Numbered from the stretch's first letter, positions 37,258 to 46,681 are shown. The stretch: DNA of 51,346 bases from a virus (IMGVR_UViG_3300006428_000046:1-51346); one strand, 5' to 3'. Translations and numbers: made by a program. Notes: a model not told the origin generated them from the letters alone.

Positions 37258-37836
37258 CTATACCCCCGCAACGTGACTCGCCAGCATATCCGCTTGGTGC
37301 GTCCATAGAACATTCGGATAGATGTTGACGGCTCTCGTGTAATCACGCCATTCTTCCTTCTCAACAAAGGCTCCCATGTGATAGCGAATGCACAGAATCT
37401 CTTCTTCGGTCAGGGTGAAAAACTGAGACAGCAACATGACCGATTTATCTCCGTGTCCTTTCAACAGGGTATCAGGGTTGTATTCCCATGCGTCAGGATT
37501 GACCATCTCTACACCGTTTGCCAAAATTCCGCTCATGGAATTGCGGTACTGGTCGATCTTGCATAGATCATGGAACATACCCACGATGAAGGGAGAACGC
37601 CCTTTCTGCCAGATCAGGCCGTTTCTTTCGGTCATCTCCACCAGACTTCTCGCAACGGCAAGAGAATGGTCAAACAATCCACCTTCGTAATTTCCGTGAA
37701 ATTTGGTGGAAGCGGGAGCGGTAAAGAATCCATTGGCAGTCAGCCAATCCATCATATCTACTGTGATAAGGGGGACTCCGTTGCGTTTCGTGAAATCCAC
37801 CATAATGTCAAATCTCTCTTGTGCCTGTTCAATCAT
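37258..37836 (-). CDS. HD-domain phosphohydrolase
   Basis: APAS..FH...GGL..HS, HDLCK, GHG.KS, IRYHMG, H.AD. Confidence 0.88.
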   Translation of the reverse strand: MIEQAQERFDIMVDFTKRNGVPLITVDMMDWLTANGFFTAPASTKFHGNYEGGLFDHSLAVARSLVEMTERNGLIWQKGRSPFIVGMFHDLCKIDQYRNSMSGILANGVEMVNPDAWEYNPDTLLKGHGDKSVMLLSQFFTLTEEEILCIRYHMGAFVEKEEWRDYTRAVNIYPNVLWTHQADMLASHVAGV

Positions 37837-38176
37837 GAATAGAACCTCCTTCATATTCAGAGCGGTGAACGCTTCTCTCGGAGTCGAATCCATCAGGATA
37901 ACGCTTTCTCAGCTTATCCACATTGTGCTGTGCTACATCATCGAGGGTTACAGCAAGGCCGGTAGCTGTCTGAGCGATATACCAAAGGACATCTCCAAGC
38001 TCGTCAATCATCTTGTCACGGTCAAAAGCGTGACCCTGAAACTCATGCTTTTTCAGAATGTCAATACACTCACCGGCTTCACCGTTCAGGCCGTAGCAAC
38101 CGTTCCTGACTTTTTGAAAGGGAGTTAGATCACCGGAAGTACGCTCAGCAGCTTTCTGATATTCGTTCATGTTCAT
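37829..38176 (-). CDS. MazG-like NTP pyrophosphohydrolase
   Basis: GLNGEAGE..D..KK, ELGDVLWY, N..KL..RYP. Confidence 0.9.
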   Translation of the reverse strand: MNMNEYQKAAERTSGDLTPFQKVRNGCYGLNGEAGECIDILKKHEFQGHAFDRDKMIDELGDVLWYIAQTATGLAVTLDDVAQHNVDKLRKRYPDGFDSERSVHRSEYEGGSIHD

Positions 38177-38453
38177 CTGCTGCTACCTCCATTTCAAGAA
38201 CGGTCATGATTGCGTAATTGGCAAGGTCGATTAACGTATCACGGATAGACTCGTCATTGACCTTTTGACTCTCTCCACGAGATAGGGTCTTGAACCGACT
38301 GAATTTATCTCCTAAGCGAATACGAGCCATTGCCATACCTTCTTCAATGAAGGTTTGATGAAAGCTGTCACCGTAGTCATGGTTTTTGCGCTCATAAAGA
38401 GAGTTGAGTTCTTCGCACAGCTCTTTGTGCTTTTGCACTTTATTGATAGGCAT
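38145..38453 (-). CDS. DUF1599 / nucleotide-modification-associated domain protein
   Basis: KNHDYGDSF, R..DK..R, DTL.DLANYA. Confidence 0.85.
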   Translation of the reverse strand: MPINKVQKHKELCEELNSLYERKNHDYGDSFHQTFIEEGMAMARIRLGDKFSRFKTLSRGESQKVNDESIRDTLIDLANYAIMTVLEMEVAADEHERISESC

Positions 38454-38537
38454 TGCTCTAAACCTTCCTTTTCAGATTATTTTCACTAATACCATTGGCG
38501 AGGGAGGGCGTATAGAACACCCTCCCTCGCATGAGAT

Positions 38538-39032
38538 TTATCCGAGAAGGGAGTTTAGATCAAAGCTCGGCTTTCCTTTTCCTTCTGTCGGCTTCTGAGA
38601 AGTCGCAGGAGCGGTTTTCTTGGGTTCGGTATTAGTAGGTGCGGGTTCATCGTCCCAACCGTCAGCAGGGCGTTTATCAGCCAACCGAGCGAACGTGATG
38701 GTCTTGTCAGGGTGATTCTTGTTCGGCTGAACATCGTGTTCAATGTCACACTCAATGAAGCAACCGATCAGGTCTTCATGGTCAATCTCTGACAGAGAGA
38801 AATCATTGAGAGCGGTCTTAGCAAAATAGCTGAAAGCGTTCAGCGCACCTTCGTTGGGAGAGCCGTCATTCTTCATCAGAGAGAACCGCTCAACGTGTTT
38901 GGAACCTCCCTGAGTCTGCATGGTAATTTCCATCTTGCCAAAGGCTTCCTTGTAGTTTGCATCAATGATCTTGAACACATGGGTTCCTTCGGGAATGAGA
39001 GAAAACCCATCAGTGAGTCCGATTTTAGCCAT
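38538..39032 (-). CDS. Putative ssDNA-binding protein
   Basis: IPEG.H.F.I start, low-complexity C-terminal tail; located in the recombination module. Confidence 0.6.
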   Translation of the reverse strand: MAKIGLTDGFSLIPEGTHVFKIIDANYKEAFGKMEITMQTQGGSKHVERFSLMKNDGSPNEGALNAFSYFAKTALNDFSLSEIDHEDLIGCFIECDIEHDVQPNKNHPDKTITFARLADKRPADGWDDEPAPTNTEPKKTAPATSQKPTEGKGKPSFDLNSLLG

Positions 39033-39045
39033 TGCTTCTTCCTCC

Positions 39046-39522
39046 TTAAATTCTGTAATCGACAGGAAAGATCATACCAACCAGTTCCTCGTCATCATCC
39101 GGCATATCAGGGTATCTCTTGACCAGAAGAGCTTTTGCCGTATAAGTCTCACTGGCGGTGTCATGATCGTAAAGAATCTCGCAGAAATCGGACTTCTCAA
39201 TCAGTGACCAGTCATCGTTGCTGATTGCGATTGCAATGTCAGCGGCTTCGTTGGAAAAGATACGAACACAGTCCTTGATACAACCGTCTGCAAACGGCAT
39301 GACCGCCTTATGAAGCTGACAGGGTTCCGTGTGACTGATCTGAGAAAGCATGGAGTCAATCTTCTCAGGCATATCCTGAATACCGGCAGCGGTAACGCTA
39401 CGAATGGTGGCGGGAATGAGCATGAACACGGTAGAAGAAGCCAGCCAGCGTTCCTTAAAAATTCCACGCTCATAGATCACGCCGCTCGAAGCCAGAGATT
39501 TTACAAACTTTTCAAATTTCAT
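39046..39522 (-). CDS. Hypothetical protein
   Basis: 158 aa, RBS AAGGAGG. Confidence 0.7.
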   Translation of the reverse strand: MKFEKFVKSLASSGVIYERGIFKERWLASSTVFMLIPATIRSVTAAGIQDMPEKIDSMLSQISHTEPCQLHKAVMPFADGCIKDCVRIFSNEAADIAIAISNDDWSLIEKSDFCEILYDHDTASETYTAKALLVKRYPDMPDDDEELVGMIFPVDYRI

Positions 39523-39535
39523 TAAAATTTCCTCC

Positions 39536-39640
39536 TTATTTCTTTTTACCGCACCATGCGGCGTAAATGATGCAAGCCAATAACTCGACTATAATAGTGA
39601 AGATCACACCGGCAAGAAATGGATTGATATACATACTCAT
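39536..39640 (-). CDS. Small membrane peptide
   Basis: MSMYINPFLAGVIFTIIVELLACIIYAAWCGKKK after GGAGG. Confidence 0.55.
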   Translation of the reverse strand: MSMYINPFLAGVIFTIIVELLACIIYAAWCGKKK

Positions 39641-40680
39641 TCCTCCGTGATGACTTTCGGTGTAATGCGGTAGCTTTCTTCGACCGTGCTGTATTTCTCC
39701 AACACACCGTCCGCTTTCATAGCGTCCTTGTCGATCTTGGAAGTGGAAGATTTGCTGATCTCCCAATCGTAAGTAGCACCACGGATAGAAACCTTTTTAT
39801 CGCCGTCACGGAACTGAGCGATTGCCGATTTCTTAATCATATCGACCAAAGTTTTGTACCGCTTCTCGTCTTCGGCAACGGTAGCCTGAACCTCGTCAAT
39901 ATGAGATTTCAGTTTCTCAGCTTCTTTCACCAGATCAGCGACATCGGTTTGCGGGGACAAATTGTTGGTGCGAAGAGCTTTCAGAATGTCAGCGTCCTTC
40001 TTTTCGTCAAAGGCGGGAGAAATACCGCTGACCACATAATCTTTCCACCATTTCAATGCCGGTTTTACATACTTCTTCTCGAAAGTGGGATAACGCTCAG
40101 ACACTTTGAAAGGCTTGGTCATTGTGTTCTTGGCACTCGGAACAAACTTGGAAGGGTCATCGTAGTCCTTTTCTTCGAGGAAGGACGCAACCATAATTAC
40201 ATCATCCACGCCGAGAAGGTACGCATAGAGAGCGGCTTGCAGGGCGTAGTATTCTGGAATATCTGTCTGCCAGTCCTCAGCTCTCTTGGTGGTCTTCATT
40301 TCGAGAACCGTAACCGGTTTGCCGTCCTTATCGCAAAGCAGATAGTCCCACATACCGCCAAGGATTTTCGTGTCAGGGAAGAAATCACCCCATGTCTTCT
40401 TGAAGTAATCGGCACCCCACAAATCGGTAGGGGTTACGATGTTCGTCATGAAGTATGACTTCTTCATATACGCCGCCTGTTTCGGCTCAATGGTCTTACC
40501 GGCAATGGTATAGATCGTGTCCTCAAAAGGTTTCTGGTAGGTGCGAGTTACCTCACACCAAATCTCGAAGGGAGTAGACCAAGGATTCAGGCCAAGGACA
40601 GTAGCAAACCGAGTTGCAGTCAGCTTCTTAGGCTTTTTCGGAGGAACGATCTGGATTTTATTATCAGAAAGCCAGTCCAT
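39637..40680 (-). CDS. YqaJ-like (lambda-exonuclease family) nuclease
   Basis: LG.NPW.TP, G...EP, D...E.KT, IPEYY.LQ. Confidence 0.88.
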   Translation of the reverse strand: MDWLSDNKIQIVPPKKPKKLTATRFATVLGLNPWSTPFEIWCEVTRTYQKPFEDTIYTIAGKTIEPKQAAYMKKSYFMTNIVTPTDLWGADYFKKTWGDFFPDTKILGGMWDYLLCDKDGKPVTVLEMKTTKRAEDWQTDIPEYYALQAALYAYLLGVDDVIMVASFLEEKDYDDPSKFVPSAKNTMTKPFKVSERYPTFEKKYVKPALKWWKDYVVSGISPAFDEKKDADILKALRTNNLSPQTDVADLVKEAEKLKSHIDEVQATVAEDEKRYKTLVDMIKKSAIAQFRDGDKKVSIRGATYDWEISKSSTSKIDKDAMKADGVLEKYSTVEESYRITPKVITEE

Positions 40681-40683
40681 CTC

Positions 40684-41442
40684 TTAACCCTCCTGCGCCG
40701 GTGCGCTATAGGCGGCAACCATCTCGGCTACACCGTTGATAAGCTGCTCACAAACCTCTTTACTCATGTTTGTGAAACCTTCCGTCTTAACGGCAATGCT
40801 CTGAACAAAAGATTCTTGGTCAGAATCCAGCTCCATGAGATTTTTCAAAGCGGTCTTCAACGCCTTGATTTGCAACTCGTCAGCCTTGATAGAAGGGTTA
40901 GTCAGTTCTTTCTTGATTTCCTGACGCTTCTCAGCGGAGACAGGTTTCTTCTGCTTAGGCGGCTCAGGCTGCGCCGGTGAGTCATCGTTCAGGCCAATGT
41001 TCGGGTCAATACCATCGGCTTCGATGATGTCAAGAACGAGCTGCCAGAGATAACGGCGCATATAGGTGATCGAGCTGCCGAGAGCTTGCATTTCGTTCGT
41101 AACGACTTTGCCGGTGTTCGAGATGATTGGTGCAATCTGAGAGAAAGGAGCTTCAAACACAACAGGGTCTTCGTCACGGTCATCACAATTGAAGACACGC
41201 ATGACAGCGTAATCTTTGCCGAACGTGGGAACACCGAGCAAACCGACCTTAAAGAAGATGTTTTCTGCAATCGGAACAATGTCCTCCAACTCGAAGTACA
41301 TGAACTCCAAGTGCATATTCTTACCGGACTTTTTCACGCCGGATTTCAGAAACTCGATACGAGCCATCTGTAATTTCTGGAAAACATTCAGGTTGCTGAA
41401 ATCAACACCGGTGTCTTCCGTTTTCTTAGTAGCGGTAGCCAT
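40684..41442 (-). CDS. ERF-family single-strand annealing protein
   Basis: Q.LGSSITY.RRY signature; KSGKN....Y..LEDI. Confidence 0.88.
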   Translation of the reverse strand: MATATKKTEDTGVDFSNLNVFQKLQMARIEFLKSGVKKSGKNMHLEFMYFELEDIVPIAENIFFKVGLLGVPTFGKDYAVMRVFNCDDRDEDPVVFEAPFSQIAPIISNTGKVVTNEMQALGSSITYMRRYLWQLVLDIIEADGIDPNIGLNDDSPAQPEPPKQKKPVSAEKRQEIKKELTNPSIKADELQIKALKTALKNLMELDSDQESFVQSIAVKTEGFTNMSKEVCEQLINGVAEMVAAYSAPAQEG

Positions 41443-41444
41443 AT

Positions 41445-43343
41445 TTATACCTCCAATAAATTTAATAATTTTTTCTTGATGATGTTGACTCTTCTGGTGT
41501 TCCGCTTGGGAGCTTTAATGCCGAGAAAATCTCGAACGTACCGTTGCGCCAAACGGATATACCAGTCACGGTCAATTACATCAATGCTCAGGTGATTGTC
41601 GTTATCAACCACGCATTTTGTAGGAAGTCCGGCAATCTTTACCGGATTGCCGGTGCCAAGATGAATTTTGTAGAGAGTGCCGTAGTGGTAGTCTCCGGTA
41701 GCATAAACACGGTTGACCTTTTGAACAACGGTCATTTCTTCGTTGACTTCGTGTAGTGCATCTCCGTATTTGCTGCCAGCTTTGGCGATCAATTGGAAAT
41801 CCAGCATTCTGTCACACTCTTCGATGGTCTGTTCTACAGGAACACCGAAAGCCAGATAATCCTTGACCGCTCGTGCCACTACCACGGCATTGTTGTTGAT
41901 ATTGAACGCACCGCCGTTTTGATTCTCCCAAGGAGGGAAACCCATTACTTCAAAATCGACATTACTGTTGGTTACTGCTCCCCGAACAAGAACAACGCCT
42001 TTGATCTTCGGTTTTCCATCGAAGGGCAATTCCACATAATTGTTTACATCTTTCTGGCAGATCATCTTGATAAGGTCTTCTTCCAGTTCAAATCCGGTTC
42101 GGTCTTGCCACTCCTGAGTGATCTCCTGCCACTTTGGTTCGTCAGAGTCATCCAAACTGACCATGATACCATCGGTGTTAAGCTGGATGATTTTCAAGGT
42201 GGGGCATTCTCTGACAAGATGTTCTGCCATTTCGAGAAGCTGTAATTGGCCTGAGATACACACTGAGCGACCCATGAGAGGGTCAAACAGGTCGTTGTAC
42301 TGGTTTAGCATTGCGCCGTAGGTGGTGTTCAGAACCAGTTTCAAAGCGTTAGCTGTTTCTTTATCGCCGGACTTCTTCGCCTTGACTCTCCGTTCAATGG
42401 TTGCTTCGTACACTTCGGGAGAGGGAATGTTCCGACTACAGTAGCCATTTAAGGTCATCTGGTGCGGATAATAGCTTGCAACGTCCTTGTTGCGGATTGA
42501 TCGAGTCTCTGTGGCTTCCTCTCGGTAACAGGGAATTGCACCGTGAATACCACCGTAAGCGATCGTACAGGGACAACCGCCAACTGTAATATTCAGTTTC
42601 TCAGAGAAAACCTCTTTATTGGGAATTGAAGAGTCATGCACTCGATCAAAGAAGTCAAACACTTCTTGCGGGATATACTCACGGAGCAATTTCGGAGGGT
42701 ATTGATATTCACGCTCGTCCTGCCATTCGACTTCCCGCTTTGCATCGAGATAGGCTGCGGTCAGTTTGGCGTTGGTCATGTAGAGAGCCTTGGAAGAGTA
42801 AATATCTTTCTCCTTGCCCAATGTGAGTTTGTTGCTTAAATAGCCTTGTCGTAGATCGTCCAGCTTGTCAGTAGCGTCAACATCGTGTTTGCAGTAGAAA
42901 ACAACTTCTTCCAGCTCTGCATCATTCAAAGCGTGGTCAACATCAAAGCTGATTGTTGTTTCACGAATGTCCATGCCAAGGTGAGCTTCGATTGCTTTCA
43001 GGGACAAACCCATTTGGCAATCGTCCATAAGGTCGTACTGATCGAAATAGACCTTACATTCTCTCAGTTCTCCATGCTCCCATCCTTCATGCCCTTCCAC
43101 GATAATGTAATCGTTGACGGCCTTTATTTGCTCAGGAGTGAAATCACAAAGAACCGCTTTCAAAATGAACTGGTCATAATGCTTGTTATTAAACCCTCCC
43201 AAAAGAGGGTCAGCGTTCATGAATTGCTTGACTGCATCGTTGTCATTGTGAATGACTGTGTACTCTTTGGTCTGCTTGTCCTTGAAGACGAAAAGCCAAT
43301 CGTGAGCAAAAACTTCGCAGTCAAAGATGTAGAGGTTATTCAG
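41445..43343 (-). CDS. DNA polymerase, family B-like, with proofreading exonuclease
   Basis: FDCE, N...YD, YC..D exonuclease motifs; DVASYYP, K..LN..YG, NTDG polymerase motifs; start uncertain (CTG 43343 or TTG 43373). Confidence 0.88.
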   Translation of the reverse strand: MNNLYIFDCEVFAHDWLFVFKDKQTKEYTVIHNDNDAVKQFMNADPLLGGFNNKHYDQFILKAVLCDFTPEQIKAVNDYIIVEGHEGWEHGELRECKVYFDQYDLMDDCQMGLSLKAIEAHLGMDIRETTISFDVDHALNDAELEEVVFYCKHDVDATDKLDDLRQGYLSNKLTLGKEKDIYSSKALYMTNAKLTAAYLDAKREVEWQDEREYQYPPKLLREYIPQEVFDFFDRVHDSSIPNKEVFSEKLNITVGGCPCTIAYGGIHGAIPCYREEATETRSIRNKDVASYYPHQMTLNGYCSRNIPSPEVYEATIERRVKAKKSGDKETANALKLVLNTTYGAMLNQYNDLFDPLMGRSVCISGQLQLLEMAEHLVRECPTLKIIQLNTDGIMVSLDDSDEPKWQEITQEWQDRTGFELEEDLIKMICQKDVNNYVELPFDGKPKIKGVVLVRGAVTNSNVDFEVMGFPPWENQNGGAFNINNNAVVVARAVKDYLAFGVPVEQTIEECDRMLDFQLIAKAGSKYGDALHEVNEEMTVVQKVNRVYATGDYHYGTLYKIHLGTGNPVKIAGLPTKCVVDNDNHLSIDVIDRDWYIRLAQRYVRDFLGIKAPKRNTRRVNIIKKKLLNLLEV

Positions 43344-43354
43344 AGTGGCACCTC

Positions 43355-44743
43355 CTATTCGATGAATCGGCAACCAGCCTTACGATAGGTGGTACACCGC
43401 TTTTTGTAGCTGCGAACGAGATATTGAACTCTTTCGTCCACATAGTCATAGGCAATCGGGTCAGCCTTGCCATCAGCAACACGAGCAATGCGCCCGATAC
43501 TCTGAGTGACAACGGCATAATCCTTTTGCGGGGTGGTCAGATACAGACGGTCAAGGCAGGGAATGTCAAGACCTTCTTTTGCCAGAGAGTAGGTTGCGAA
43601 TAGGTACCGTTTTTTTCCTGTCCGCATATCCTCAATGGCCTGTTCACGCAAAACCTTCGCTTTCTTGGAAGTCATCTTTCCGTCAATCATTGCCGCTTGC
43701 AATCTCAGGTCATAGGGTAAATGCTTCATGAGATATTCCAAGTGACTCAGGCGATCAGACAAGATCAGGTTGGAATGTTCTTTATTGAGAATCAAATCCT
43801 TTATAATCAGGCTGCTTCGACTGACATCTTCGGTCAGGTAATTTATCAGTTTTGCGTAGACAATCGTTCCGTCTGTGTCTAAGAAATCTCGGCTTAACCC
43901 AACATGGGTAGGAACCGGCATAATGCTTACGGTCATGATCTTCTCGGCAACCGCTTCGTCTGGCACCTCATAGGCGATCTCTCCCAACATTGCGTAGGTG
44001 GCGGCAATCATACCGTCTGCCCGATGCACCGTTGCAGATAAACCGTATTTGTGCCGAGCTGCGAGAGAATTTAGCACTTTTGAGAATTGCGTAACTGAGG
44101 TTGGTGTACCGGCTACACGGTGACATTCATCAACGATGATGCAATCCCAAACATTACGGTACAGATCGAGATTCAGGTTACACATCGTTTGTACAGTGGC
44201 AAAGGTGATTGCCTTTCCGATCTTCACTCGTCCCTCAGTAACCGTTCCGGTCAGTGAAGGACTCATATACTGCTCTGCACGGCTTTTGCTCTGTAATAGC
44301 AAGTCTCGTGTGTGAGTCAGCCAAAGAGTCTTTCTACCAATCTCACAGGCCAGAGCGATACCGATTTGAGTCTTTCCGCTGCCAGCCGGACTCTGTAGAA
44401 TACCGTAATACTTTGCCAGCATTTCGGCCTTTGCAATGTCCTGATAGTCATACAGCGGAACGGTACAGCCGAAATCAACCTCTGTAGGGTCTGGTAAATC
44501 AGAGATCACTTCGGGGTCATTCCCCAAGCTAAGGACGGTGTTCAGACAACCATAAGGGAGAACGAGAATGTCACCGTCCCATTGCATCAGGAAGATTTTT
44601 TGAGGGGTGTTTCCAAGCCATAGGTGCATACGAGCCTTTTTGGTATAATCGGGGTTAGTGAGAATCAGGTTGTCGTGGCACCATTTCAGCAATTCGTCAG
44701 ACGGTTCCTCAATTCGCAATTGACTTCCGACTGTCACTCGCAT
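43355..44743 (-). CDS. SF2 (DExH) helicase
   Basis: PAGSGKT, DECH, SAT, EGLD.P, QSIGR..R. Confidence 0.92.
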   Translation of the reverse strand: MRVTVGSQLRIEEPSDELLKWCHDNLILTNPDYTKKARMHLWLGNTPQKIFLMQWDGDILVLPYGCLNTVLSLGNDPEVISDLPDPTEVDFGCTVPLYDYQDIAKAEMLAKYYGILQSPAGSGKTQIGIALACEIGRKTLWLTHTRDLLLQSKSRAEQYMSPSLTGTVTEGRVKIGKAITFATVQTMCNLNLDLYRNVWDCIIVDECHRVAGTPTSVTQFSKVLNSLAARHKYGLSATVHRADGMIAATYAMLGEIAYEVPDEAVAEKIMTVSIMPVPTHVGLSRDFLDTDGTIVYAKLINYLTEDVSRSSLIIKDLILNKEHSNLILSDRLSHLEYLMKHLPYDLRLQAAMIDGKMTSKKAKVLREQAIEDMRTGKKRYLFATYSLAKEGLDIPCLDRLYLTTPQKDYAVVTQSIGRIARVADGKADPIAYDYVDERVQYLVRSYKKRCTTYRKAGCRFIE

Positions 44744-45141
44744 TGGCGCACCCACTCTCCGAGAGGTATGCCGACAGCCTTGATCTCTGATTCAGACAGA
44801 ACCGTTTTCAAATAACTCAGGTCTTCCAGTTTTGAGAAGCTTACAAAGAAAACTGCTCCGTTGTTCATTTTCAGAGCAAACCAACCCTCTCCGTTTCCAG
44901 TCTCACGCCAAAGGGTCAACGCCGAAGCCTGATTTTCCTCAACACGTTCCATTTTGAAAATGTTCTTCTCACACACCTTGCAGTCAATCGGATGGACTTT
45001 ACCGTTACGAGCGGCAATCACATCAAAGGGTTGGCCTTGACTGTTTTGTGCGAGATTGTGCGCCCAAAAGCCATAACCGGATAGGCTAACACATAGCTGC
45101 TTTTCAAAACCAGTACCGATCTTGCGATTATCGTTTGTCAT
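44734..45141 (-). CDS. PD-(D/E)xK nuclease, Holliday junction resolvase-like
   Basis: G..FE, PFD.IA, IDCK, NQ motifs. Confidence 0.78.
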   Translation of the reverse strand: MTNDNRKIGTGFEKQLCVSLSGYGFWAHNLAQNSQGQPFDVIAARNGKVHPIDCKVCEKNIFKMERVEENQASALTLWRETGNGEGWFALKMNNGAVFFVSFSKLEDLSYLKTVLSESEIKAVGIPLGEWVRQCE

Positions 45142-45376
45142 CGAAATCACTCTCCAATTCTGCAATTTTGTTATTCAGAGAGCGAACGGCACCTTTCAGA
45201 TCAGATACAAACTGCTCACGCTCATTTTCTTTTTTGGCCTGTTCTTCACCCATCTCACGGAAATATCGAACCGCATCAAACCCCATGTACTTGTCAATCA
45301 GATACTCGAAGTCCTGAACAGTAAACAGGGTTTCGTTTTTGCCGTCTTTCAGGGTAATAACACAAGGGTATTGCAT
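45128..45376 (-). CDS. Hypothetical protein
   Basis: RBS AAGGAGG; coiled-coil C-terminus. Confidence 0.65.
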   Translation of the reverse strand: MQYPCVITLKDGKNETLFTVQDFEYLIDKYMGFDAVRYFREMGEEQAKKENEREQFVSDLKGAVRSLNNKIAELESDFDDKR

Positions 45377-45393
45377 AGGTTCCTCCTTCCTTG

Positions 45394-45411
45394 CCGCTCC
45401 TTACGGAGCGG
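45394..45411 (-). promoter_or_regulatory. DGR target-recognition hairpin downstream of VR2
   Basis: CCGCTCC-TTAC-GGAGCGG, 19 nt past the target-2 stop codon. Confidence 0.72.
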
Positions 45412-45430
45412 GATTTTTTGAGATTTTGGA

Positions 45431-46240
45431 TTAAACGCAGAAGCCGAAGGAGACACCACCCGAGTAGCTGGCGTTGCGAATGCTAGCGGCGCCGCTGCTG
45501 TGGACACCACAGAAGTAGGTAGCGTAGCTGCCGCTCGGAGAACGCTCCCACCGCCAATCAGACTCACCGTTCTGCTTGCACTTTCCGTAGTCAACATTCT
45601 CCTGCTTGTAGTAGTCATACCAATGACCTTCACCACCGATGGAATAAATCTTTCTACCGAAGATTTCCTGCTCGGACAGAAGAAACAGCTTGTCCACGGT
45701 GTTTCCCGTCTTGGGAGATTTACCGCCAGTACCGGTCAGCTTCGCACAAGGTTTAATGACGGCTTTCAGGTCATCCGGCAGCATATTGTTGAAGAAGTGA
45801 TCGTTCAGAGAAGAACGGAGTTTAGACGCAGACCAGCCGCCTTTATTCGTATATTCATCATTCATCTGAGCATCTTCGTTCAGCGTCTCTACCGACTCAA
45901 AGGTGATGGGGATAATCTGTCCGTTGTCGTTCTGATCGTGATTGAAACCGATGATACGAACATTGATGGAAGAGCCATCTGCCAGCGTGATTTCCTTGGT
46001 GTCACCGAGAGCAAACACACGGTCAGCCATACCGGACTGAGCATACATATTGATCTCGTTCCAAGAACAATCAGCCAGTTTCAGCTTCGGATAACTGTCG
46101 AGGGGAGCGTTGACCATCATGGGGCAACCACAGGGAACCATGGGCTGCTTCGGCAGAGCCGAAATGATCTTCTGCTGAAAAGCGATAATGCTTTCCATTT
46201 TTTCAAATTCAGCACAAAGCTGAGAAATAGTAGTGTTCAT
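45431..46240 (-). CDS. DGR target 2: stand-alone DUF6273-like (CLec-fold) protein in the early operon
   Basis: Paralog of the target-1 C-domain (GDTK, IIGFNHD, GGW..S, DKLFLLSE.E.FG, WERSP, GVSFGFCV); C-terminus is VR2. Confidence 0.9.
   Translation of the reverse strand: MNTTISQLCAEFEKMESIIAFQQKIISALPKQPMVPCGCPMMVNAPLDSYPKLKLADCSWNEINMYAQSGMADRVFALGDTKEITLADGSSINVRIIGFNHDQNDNGQIIPITFESVETLNEDAQMNDEYTNKGGWSASKLRSSLNDHFFNNMLPDDLKAVIKPCAKLTGTGGKSPKTGNTVDKLFLLSEQEIFGRKIYSIGGEGHWYDYYKQENVDYGKCKQNGESDWRWERSPSGSYATYFCGVHSSGAASIRNASYSGGVSFGFCV
45440..45552 (-). repeat. Variable repeat VR2
   Basis: 18 mismatches to TR over 113 nt, all at TR adenines; 31-nt 3' block identical to VR1 (45428.. vs 10004..). 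Confidence 0.93.
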
Positions 46241-46280
46241 GTGAAAATCTCCTTTTCAATTTTCAAAATATCTGATATAC

Positions 46281-46517
46281 TCAGATTGAGCTTTTACGCT
46301 TGCCGCCTTTCGGTCTGCTACACCGAGGGCGGTTTTCTTTTTCTGTGCTGTAGTCAAAGCCACCGGCAAGCCAAGTGAACAACCCAAAACCTACAAGTCC
46401 AAAAATCATTCGGACGGTTCCTATTCCGAGAGCCAGTGTGTTTTGCTCGATTGCACCAACAGTACCAAGCAAGAAAAAGAAAGATAAAAATGCTAATGTA
46501 CCAAACACTTTTTTCAC
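46281..46517 (-). CDS. Small two-TM membrane protein
   Basis: GTGA overlap start, two hydrophobic helices, basic tail. Confidence 0.6.
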   Translation of the reverse strand: MKKVFGTLAFLSFFFLLGTVGAIEQNTLALGIGTVRMIFGLVGFGLFTWLAGGFDYSTEKENRPRCSRPKGGKRKSSI

Positions 46518-46681
46518 GCTGTCACCTTCTGCCATGTGTATTTCTTGCCGTAGCGTTTTTCGTACCAGTCCTCAAACTCTTTTCTGTGCTGCTCGTCCTT
46601 AAAATAGGTACGAACCTTCTGAGCGAGTAACAGACTTAATGCCCTTGCCTGAGTCTGTTTTTCCGGTACGATAACGCTCAT
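46514..46681 (-). CDS. 55-aa hypothetical protein, not in the ORF track
   Basis: MSVIVPEKQ...YFKDEQHRKEFEDWYEKRYGK; overlaps both neighbours by 4 nt. Confidence 0.65.
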   Translation of the reverse strand: MSVIVPEKQTQARALSLLLAQKVRTYFKDEQHRKEFEDWYEKRYGKKYTWQKVTA

